Shown one piece after another: positions 56,920-64,000 of a stretch of DNA of 64,000 bases. This DNA is from Longimicrobiales bacterium (lineage in GTDB: Bacteria > Gemmatimonadota > Gemmatimonadetes > Longimicrobiales > Gaopeijiaceae): NCBI GenBank assembly GCA_965202805.1, contig OZ241869.1, positions 2,656,001-2,720,000 on the forward strand. The letters are read 5' to 3'. Under the pieces are notes generated by a model that saw only the letters and a list, made by a program, of their open reading frames with translations, ran no database searches and had not been told where the DNA came from. Within the stretch, counting starts at the first letter, position 1, and the number at the start of each line of letters is the position of its first letter. A program made the position numbers and the translations under genes.

Positions 56920-59538
56920 TCAGAACGACACCGTCGCGGTCATGGACACCGTCCGCGGCGCGCCCAGCCAGGCCGCGTTTTCGGTGATGGCCGACAGATA
57001 GGCCGCGTTGCCCAGGTTGTTCGCCACGATCGAGAACTCCGTCGAGCGTAGCACTTCGCTCAGGGCCTCGCCTCTGAGAGTCACGTAGGCGTCGGTCGTC
57101 CAGTAGGCGTCGGCGTACCAGTCCGCCGCCAGGCTGACCCGGCGGGAGGACGTGTACTTGGCGGAGAGCCCGCCGCCGAGCGGTCCGCTTCGGTCGAGCG
57201 AGATGACCCACAGCCGGGCCGGCACCCCGGTCACGTCGGATCCCGCCACGATGCCCTGGCTTTCGTCGACGAGCGGATCACCGGATCCGATGTACTCCGA
57301 GTTGTTGAACGTGAAGGCCGTGTAGAACGACGTCTGCCCGGACAGCGGCACCGTCGCGGCCACCTCAAGGCCGCTCGTTTCGATGCCGCCCGCGTTGAAA
57401 TACGCCCCGCCTCCCGGGATGAGGTAGTTGGGACCCGCGGGCGTCTGCGGACCGAGGTAGAAGATCCGATTCGTGAAGTCGATGGAGTACCAGGCGGCGC
57501 TGAACGCGACCCGTTCGCCCGCATATTGCACACCCACATCGAGGTTCGAGGCGGTCTCGGGTTCGAGCTGCTCCAGGCTCCGGCCCGGGACCTCGAGCAG
57601 CGTGCTGGCGATCGCCCTGAAGTTCTCGGAATAGCCTGCGAACAGGTCGAGGCCCTCGACCGGCGTCTGGTACGTGACGCCGCCCTGGAAGAGCAGCTTC
57701 GAATCGGAACCGACATCGAGCGACGGATCGGTATGGAACTGGTCCTCGCGCGACACGCCGATCAGGTACTGCTTGACGCCGCCGCTCAGAGCGAAGGGGC
57801 CAACGTAGAGCGTCTCTTCCAGGTACCACTTGAAGATGTTCTGCGGGAAGTCCCACTCGTACTGGTACCAGTAGGCCTGGTCGTCCCACTTGAAGCTTAG
57901 CGTGGGATCGAGCATGCGGTGCCAGTCCCGGCCGAGGTCGCGCCGCGAGCCCTCGTACCAGATGCCGGCCCGGAGCGCGCTGCCGGCGCTGCCCAGGGTG
58001 GCCGACCACTCTTCGTCGAGGGTCAGGCCGAAGCGGTCCTTCCCGTAGTGGCTGTGGCGGTACGACTGCACCGCGGTGGCCCCCGGGTGGCACGCCGGGT
58101 CGACGGCCGGGCCACCCGACCCGTAGTAGTTGAAGATGTAGGACGACGTGCATCCGGGCGTGGGTCCGACCGCGACACCGTCGGCGTCCACGAAGCGGAT
58201 CACCCCGAGCTGCGAGCCGCCCCGGACCGGCGGGTTGCCCGCCAGCTCCGATTCCGGTCCGCCGCCGTCGTCGACCACGTCCACGATGTAGGGGGGCAGC
58301 CAGTCGCCGCGGCCCCGGTTGCGGTGGTAGTAGACGCCCGCGCTCAGTGAACTGAGTTCGCTCTGCGCCCAGTCCATCCTCAGGTATGCGAGCGTGTTCC
58401 GGCGCCGGGTCTGCCATCCGGGCCGATAGAACTGGTTCAGGTACGGTACCCCGGGCCAGTCTCCGACCAGCCGGTCCCAGCGTGGGTCGGCTCTGAAGTC
58501 GCCATCGCTGTAGAGCCGCTGGTAGACGTCCTCGTGAATGTCGTCGTACGAGAGATAGCTGGTGAAGTCGACGCGGCCGTGCGACGAAACCAGTTTGGCG
58601 GCGACGTGCTCCCGCTCATTTCTCGCGGAGCCCTCCATCCAGTCGGTCGCCTCCTGGCGTACGCCGGCGATCCAGGCCCGCGTCTCTCCGCCGAACAGCG
58701 GTCCGGTGTCGACCCGCATGGAGAACCGCTCGCCGCCGTTCTCGCCGATCGTGGCGGACGCGGTGTAGGCGCGCTCCTCCGCGGGATCGTCCGTGAGGTA
58801 GTTGAAGGTGCCGCCCAGCGCCTCGACGGACCGGGAGGCGATGTCGGCCGTGCCCTGCGAAACCTCGACGCTCGCGAGGTTCATCGGGTCGACGAAGCGG
58901 TTCGCCTTGGCGCCACTCCAGTAGTCGGAGGTGCCGTTGGGAAAGCCGTCGATGGTGGTGCCGATCTGCACGTCGTTGATGGTCACCTGGAAGCCGCGCA
59001 CGGCCACGTTGCTCGACCAGTCGTCGAAGCCGTACGCGTCCCCTTCCTGCACCGACACGCCGGGGAGGTTGTCCACCACCGCCGTCACGTTGGTGATCTT
59101 CGACTGCTGCCGGATCATCGACTCGGGGACGAAGTTGCGCGCGAAGAAGCGGGGCTCCTCGGCGACGACGCTGAGCGTGTCGAACAGGTAGGTGACCTGC
59201 AGGACGAGCTGGACGGTCTCGGTGGCGCCCGCCGCGAGCGTGACCTCGGACTCCGCGACCTCGAACCCCGGCAGCATCGCTGTGACGACGTAGGTTCCGG
59301 CGGCCAGGTCGGCGAACCGGAAGGAGCCGTCGTCGCCCGCGACGGCCTCCCGGCTCAGGCCGGTGCCGGTCACCGTCACGAGCGCACCGGACATCGGCAG
59401 GCCGTTCGAGCCTACGGTCGTGCCTTCGATGGTTCCGGTGGTCTGGGCCGTCGCCGGCGCGGTGGCCGACAGCGAGAGGAGCAAGGTAGCCAGGGCGAGA
59501 AGGCGGCTGGAGAGCGGGTTGGCGATCGACGTGTCCAT
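56920..59538 (-). CDS. TonB-dependent receptor with N-terminal carboxypeptidase-regulatory-like domain
   Basis: Signal peptide; plug LPGV..VRGF; L.PE; terminal Phe; RBS AGGAGG. Confidence 0.92.
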   Translation of the reverse strand: MDTSIANPLSSRLLALATLLLSLSATAPATAQTTGTIEGTTVGSNGLPMSGALVTVTGTGLSREAVAGDDGSFRFADLAAGTYVVTAMLPGFEVAESEVTLAAGATETVQLVLQVTYLFDTLSVVAEEPRFFARNFVPESMIRQQSKITNVTAVVDNLPGVSVQEGDAYGFDDWSSNVAVRGFQVTINDVQIGTTIDGFPNGTSDYWSGAKANRFVDPMNLASVEVSQGTADIASRSVEALGGTFNYLTDDPAEERAYTASATIGENGGERFSMRVDTGPLFGGETRAWIAGVRQEATDWMEGSARNEREHVAAKLVSSHGRVDFTSYLSYDDIHEDVYQRLYSDGDFRADPRWDRLVGDWPGVPYLNQFYRPGWQTRRRNTLAYLRMDWAQSELSSLSAGVYYHRNRGRGDWLPPYIVDVVDDGGGPESELAGNPPVRGGSQLGVIRFVDADGVAVGPTPGCTSSYIFNYYGSGGPAVDPACHPGATAVQSYRHSHYGKDRFGLTLDEEWSATLGSAGSALRAGIWYEGSRRDLGRDWHRMLDPTLSFKWDDQAYWYQYEWDFPQNIFKWYLEETLYVGPFALSGGVKQYLIGVSREDQFHTDPSLDVGSDSKLLFQGGVTYQTPVEGLDLFAGYSENFRAIASTLLEVPGRSLEQLEPETASNLDVGVQYAGERVAFSAAWYSIDFTNRIFYLGPQTPAGPNYLIPGGGAYFNAGGIETSGLEVAATVPLSGQTSFYTAFTFNNSEYIGSGDPLVDESQGIVAGSDVTGVPARLWVISLDRSGPLGGGLSAKYTSSRRVSLAADWYADAYWTTDAYVTLRGEALSEVLRSTEFSIVANNLGNAAYLSAITENAAWLGAPRTVSMTATVSF

Positions 59539-59701
59539 ATGCACGGTCCTCCTTTCCTGAACAGGCTCCCGTCCTCTGTACTATGGGGCGCGGACAGAGG
59601 TGGCGCGAGGGGAGGAAGTTGCGCGCGGGAAGCGACAGATACGGGCATCACGCCGTCTGATAATGGCGGAAGGCAGAAAATCGGGAGGGACGCTGCCGGG
59701 T

Positions 59702-61345
59702 TCAGCGGCGATAGTCGTGCAGGCATGTGCGGCTGCCGGACGCGGCTGCCGCGCACACGGTCGCCGGCCTCGATCCCCGGGGAATCCGGGCCCGCCAGAG
59801 GTACTCCCCGTACCAGATCATCGCGGCTGTCCCCCCGGCATCCCCCGCATCCCCGTCCTGCGATTCCCACGTCACCTCCACGCCGCTCCATTCCGCCGCG
59901 AGAGACGGGCTCTTCCGCTGGTGGATGCGGACCAGGACGAGCGTGCTGTCACCGTCCGGCATCGTCATCGGCGTTCGCACGACGGGCGGATTGCCGTTCA
60001 CTTCGAGCCCATGTCCCAGGAAGATGCGCTCCTGGATGGCCGTGGGATGCTCGCCCTGGGACTGCACCACGTCGATGCGGCCGTCCCCGTCCAGGTCGGC
60101 GATGGCCATGCCGAGCGTCCCGGGCGTCTCCGCGCCGGTGAACACGTCCGTCGCCACACGCAGGCGGCCGCTCCCGTCGTTGATCAGCAGGCGATCGGGG
60201 CCGCTGAGCGAGCCGATCAGGAAATCGGCGTCGTAGTCGGCATCATAGTCGAGGAAGGCTACGACGTTGTCGTCCTCCCCGATGTTCTCGGAGGTGGGCC
60301 ACCAGGCGTCGGTGGCGTCCACGAACCGGCCTTCGCCGTCGTTGCGGAAGACGTGCTCGCGCCGGCGCGAGCCGCGTTCGCCGACGATTTCGCCGTCGTT
60401 GATGGTCACGAGGTCGAGGAATTCGTCGCCATCGAGGTCCATCGCCTCGAACTCATAGTTGTTCGTGTACTGCGGAAGCCCCCGCGGGTCCTCCTCGAAG
60501 GTGCCGGTGCCGTCGTTGCGGAAGAGCAGGCTTCCCGCGCAGCGCTTGCACGACACCAGCACATCCAGATCGAAGTCGTTGTCGACATCGACCAGCTCGA
60601 GGTCCCAGGAGAAGCGCACCAGAATCGCGGGCATGCGGCCGTCGGTGGCGTCCGTGAAGCGGCCGGCGCCGTCGTTCAGCCAGAGGCGCGTGCGGCCGCC
60701 CTCGTTGGTCATGTTGTTGCCCGGCCCCCAGTCCGCGAGGACCAGGTCGAGGTCGCCGTCCAGGTCGATGTCCCCGGGCTCGGCGTCGCCCAGGCTGAGC
60801 GGAAGCTGGGGGAGATGGGTCGCGGTCCGCTCCTCGAAGGCGCCGGCCTCCCTGCCCTCGAACGCGCCCTCTCCCGTCCCCAGAAACAGCCGGCTTCGGG
60901 TCTGGTACGTGGTGCCGACGAAGATGTCGGTATCGCCGTCCCCGTCGAAGTCGCGCGCCTTGATCACCCGCGCCAGGTCCGGCGTGGAACCGAACACCCG
61001 GGCGGTCACCTCCTCGAAGGGCTGCCCCGGACCGCGGTTGGCGAATGCCCGGTTCAGTTCGGGCTCACCCGCCTCGGAGTAGTTGCCCCCGTTCGCGAAC
61101 AGCAGGTCGATCCGGCCGTCCCCGTCGATGTCGGCGAGCTCGACCTTGTTGGTCCATTCGCCGGTGGCGGGCAGAAGCTCGTCGGTGGCGTCGTGCCAGA
61201 GTGCGGTGGGCAGGGGTGAATCCGCGGCCTGGTCCGACGACGCGGTCTCTCTCTCGCTCGCCGGTTCCCCACAGGCACATGCGAATGCGAGGAGAATACA
61301 GGGCCATCCTCCGCCCTCCCGCACCGTCTCAAGCCTCGAAGTCAT
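59702..61345 (-). CDS. FG-GAP/VCBS-repeat beta-propeller lipoprotein
   Basis: Seven D.DGDG..DL-type repeats; lipobox-like ACAC. Confidence 0.88.
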   Translation of the reverse strand: MTSRLETVREGGGWPCILLAFACACGEPASERETASSDQAADSPLPTALWHDATDELLPATGEWTNKVELADIDGDGRIDLLFANGGNYSEAGEPELNRAFANRGPGQPFEEVTARVFGSTPDLARVIKARDFDGDGDTDIFVGTTYQTRSRLFLGTGEGAFEGREAGAFEERTATHLPQLPLSLGDAEPGDIDLDGDLDLVLADWGPGNNMTNEGGRTRLWLNDGAGRFTDATDGRMPAILVRFSWDLELVDVDNDFDLDVLVSCKRCAGSLLFRNDGTGTFEEDPRGLPQYTNNYEFEAMDLDGDEFLDLVTINDGEIVGERGSRRREHVFRNDGEGRFVDATDAWWPTSENIGEDDNVVAFLDYDADYDADFLIGSLSGPDRLLINDGSGRLRVATDVFTGAETPGTLGMAIADLDGDGRIDVVQSQGEHPTAIQERIFLGHGLEVNGNPPVVRTPMTMPDGDSTLVLVRIHQRKSPSLAAEWSGVEVTWESQDGDAGDAGGTAAMIWYGEYLWRARIPRGSRPATVCAAAASGSRTCLHDYRR

Positions 61346-61395
61346 CGAGGTCGCGGTCGCCGCTGATGACGTATCCGGCCTTGATTCCCTGCCCC

Positions 61396-63291
61396 CTAAT
61401 CCATCGACGCAGCCAGTTCGCGCATCGCCTGAGCCAGCCAGCGCTGTCGGGGCGCGTCGCCCAGCCGCTCACCCGCGGCTACCTCGCCGGCGTTCGCGTC
61501 CAGCACGGCTGCGGTCTCCCTCAACTGCGCGGCCACGTCGGCGCCCGGGGATGACGCGGCGGCCCCGAGCACCTCTCGCGATCGCTGCAGCAGCGAGGGC
61601 TGGATGTCGCCGGCGCGCTCGAGCTGGTCGAGGTACGATCCTGCTACGGCGGGGTGCGCGGGCCAGGTGAACATCGGCTGCAGCTGCGCGTTGAACTCTT
61701 CGACCTGAACCATGTTTGCGGCGTCGATCTCGTTCTGGGAGAGATGCTCGCTGGGGCTCAGCCGGAAGATGTCGAGCCCGCGCGTGATCTCGGCGCCGTA
61801 GATGAAGCCGTTGTTCCAGTAGGTGGACCAGTAGCCGCCCGTGAACATCTCGTCCTCGCTCAGCGGGCCGCGGTCGAAGAAGGCGATCTCGACGGGGTCG
61901 GATGCGTCGGTGAAGTCGAGCATCGACAGGCCGCCCTGGTACCACGCCTGCACCATGATGTCGCGTCCGGGCACCGGGATGATGGCGCCGTTGTGGGCCA
62001 CGCAGTTCTCCAGCTCGCTCTGCGGCACCGGCAGCTTGTAGTAGCCGGCGAGCTCCATCTGTCCGTCGACGATGTCGAAGATCGCGTTCGCGCCCCAGTC
62101 GGGCGGATCGGTGGAGCGGCAGCGCGGCTGGCCTCCCCCGCCCCACTCGTCGGTGAAGAGGATCCTGGTGCCGTCGTTGTTGAAGGTGGCGGAGTGCCAG
62201 TAGGCGAAGTTGGGGTCGACCACCTCGTCGAGGCGCACCGGGTTCACCGGGTCGGAGATGTCGAGCAGGATGCCGTTCCCGGCGCACGCCCCGGCGGCGA
62301 GCCCGATATCGGGGAACACCGTGATGTCGTGGCACTGGTTGGTGAGACGGGATTCCTGAGTGCCCTCGCCGTGGTCGCCGCCCTGCCAGAGGCCGCCGTA
62401 TTCGCCGGTCTCGGGGTCCGCGAAGATGCGCGGCATGTTGACGATGCGGGCGTCCTCCGGGTTTGCGAGCGGGACCTGGATCACCTCGATGCGGAAGTAC
62501 GCGGTGTTGGGATCCTCCTCCGGGGGCAGTCCCGAGCAGCCGGGAAGCTCGTCCGCCGGACGCACCCCCGATGTGCCGGAAACGTAGACGTAGACGTTCT
62601 CGTCGTCATTCGGGTCGGTGACCACGGTGTGCGTGTGCGAACCGCGGCAGGTCTGGACGGCCGCCACCTGCCGGGGCGCCTCCAGATTGGACAGGTCGAA
62701 GATGCGCACCCCGCGGAAGCGCTCCACGCTCACGCTGTCCTGGACGCCCTCGGTGCCGCAGTCGAGGCGGCCGCGGGTCTCCTGCGCGGACATGAACAGC
62801 AGGTCGCCGTAGATCGACACGTCGCCCTGGCCGCCGGGGCACACCACCGCGACGTGCAGTTCGATGTTGCCGGGATCGGAGATGTCGTAGACCTGGAAGC
62901 CGTTGTAGTTGCCCTGAAAGAGGTAGTTCCCCTGGAAGGCGAGGTCCGTGTTGGAGAAGCCGGCGCCCTGGCGCGGCGTCTCCGGGTTGAAGAAGCCCTG
63001 CGGACGGGGCGTGGTCGCGACCAGCTCCAGGTTCCAGATGGCGCTCTCGGCGTCGAGCCAGCCGGCCGCAAGGTTCACCCTCGGATCGAGGATGTCCCAG
63101 TCGAAGGCCGGCAGCGCCGGTTCGGCCAGCGAGTCGGCGCGCACCTCGGCGAGCTCCTCGGGCCGGGGCTGGCCCGGCGGCACGGCCTGGGCGGACGACG
63201 TCGCGGGAATCGCCAGCGCCATCAGGACGGCACCGGGCATCACGACCCGTCCGGCCCACATCTCTCGATTCAACTCAAGCCGCTTCCGCAT
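61396..63291 (-). CDS. LVIVD-repeat-type secreted protein
   Basis: NTDLAFQG, CPGGQGDVS, QTCRGSHTH, CHDITV, ENCVAHNG. Confidence 0.85.
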   Translation of the reverse strand: MRKRLELNREMWAGRVVMPGAVLMALAIPATSSAQAVPPGQPRPEELAEVRADSLAEPALPAFDWDILDPRVNLAAGWLDAESAIWNLELVATTPRPQGFFNPETPRQGAGFSNTDLAFQGNYLFQGNYNGFQVYDISDPGNIELHVAVVCPGGQGDVSIYGDLLFMSAQETRGRLDCGTEGVQDSVSVERFRGVRIFDLSNLEAPRQVAAVQTCRGSHTHTVVTDPNDDENVYVYVSGTSGVRPADELPGCSGLPPEEDPNTAYFRIEVIQVPLANPEDARIVNMPRIFADPETGEYGGLWQGGDHGEGTQESRLTNQCHDITVFPDIGLAAGACAGNGILLDISDPVNPVRLDEVVDPNFAYWHSATFNNDGTRILFTDEWGGGGQPRCRSTDPPDWGANAIFDIVDGQMELAGYYKLPVPQSELENCVAHNGAIIPVPGRDIMVQAWYQGGLSMLDFTDASDPVEIAFFDRGPLSEDEMFTGGYWSTYWNNGFIYGAEITRGLDIFRLSPSEHLSQNEIDAANMVQVEEFNAQLQPMFTWPAHPAVAGSYLDQLERAGDIQPSLLQRSREVLGAAASSPGADVAAQLRETAAVLDANAGEVAAGERLGDAPRQRWLAQAMRELAASMD

Positions 63292-63360
63292 CGTCCCTCC
63301 TCTTCTTTCCCGTGTCCTCCGCGCGCCGGATCCGGGACGCGGAAGGTTGAATCAGGCCCT

Positions 63361-63999
63361 TTAGTCGCCGCTCTCCAGCAAACCGCGCATGCGCCGGATC
63401 TCCATCTCCTGGTCCGCCTCCACATCCGATGCGAAGTGGTAGATGGCGGACCCCTGTCCCGCGCCCGGGCTCGCGAACAGTTCCTCGACCATGACCAGCG
63501 CGCCTTCGTGGTGGCTGATCATGAACTCCAGGAAGAGGCGGTCGAATTCGGTGTCGCGCGCCTCCGCGAGTTGCGCCATCTGTTCCGGGGTGAGCATCCC
63601 CGGCATGAGTTCGCCCATCATGCCGTCGTGTCCGTGGTGCGTCATGGCGCCGGCTTCCTCGCCCCGCTCGCGCAGCCAGCGCTGCATCATCGCGATCTCG
63701 TCCTTCTGAGATATCTCGATGCGCAGGGCCAGCCGATGCAGCCGCCGATTCGACGTGCGGTCCCGGAGCAGCTCCACCATGTCCAGCGCCTGGGCGTGAT
63801 GCGGGATCATCCCGCGCATGAAGCGAAGATCGGCCTCGGTGTGGGGAGGGAGTTCGGTGCCGTCGAGTGCGCCCGGCTCGAGCACGCGGGTGTCCTCCCC
63901 CGGCGCTCCGGGCTGAACCGTGCGCGGAGGGGCCTGCGCGGAAAGAGCGCCGAGAGACGCGGCCGGCCCGGCCCATTCGCGGCGTTCGCCGGCAGCGTT
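63361..63999 (-). CDS. DUF305 domain protein (5' end outside the window)
   Basis: VQPGAPG, AD..FM.GMI.HHAQA, MPGMLT, FL..MI.HH.GA; frame is open to the window edge. Confidence 0.9.
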   Translation of the reverse strand, partial: NAAGERREWAGPAASLGALSAQAPPRTVQPGAPGEDTRVLEPGALDGTELPPHTEADLRFMRGMIPHHAQALDMVELLRDRTSNRRLHRLALRIEISQKDEIAMMQRWLRERGEEAGAMTHHGHDGMMGELMPGMLTPEQMAQLAEARDTEFDRLFLEFMISHHEGALVMVEELFASPGAGQGSAIYHFASDVEADQEMEIRRMRGLLESGD

Positions 64000-64000
64000 G

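Noticed and set aside
59545..59700. Cobalamin/TPP riboswitch before the TonB-dependent receptor
   Set aside because: No conserved riboswitch core recognised by eye; an Rfam scan would settle it

Overview
High-GC bacterial chromosomal window. The gene set (beta-propeller lipoproteins, S9 peptidase, DUF1501/DUF1549-1553 pair, DUF305/LVIVD pair, Spondin/Calx-beta/cadherin adhesin) suggests a Gemmatimonadota-like, possibly host-associated organism; this is inference only. The flanks (1-14.2 kb, 49.6-64 kb) hold mostly periplasmic, envelope and metabolic genes. The centre (about 14.2-49.5 kb) is a defence/toxin-antitoxin hotspot, partly lower in GC. It contains a decayed IS1595 with a DNA methyltransferase, a truncated IS110/IS1111, a GmrSD(DUF262/HNH)-Schlafen(AlbA_2) fusion, a NucS-like and UDG-like gene pair between 28-bp direct repeats, and a duplicated AAA-ATPase with phased operator arrays. 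It also has three intact TA loci and five antitoxins whose toxins are lost or truncated. Best novelty candidates: (1) a tightly linked MqsR-like/MqsA-like/KGGVGR ParA-ATPase-TPR three-gene operon, (2) the GmrSD-Schlafen fusion, (3) the NucS + UDG-like module, (4) a 3-copy 39-bp repeat array upstream of a DUF222-HNH nuclease, (5) an NCS2 permease fused to an RsbW-like domain. No rRNA, tRNA or true CRISPR-Cas was recognised. All family calls come from motif recognition by eye, not database searches.
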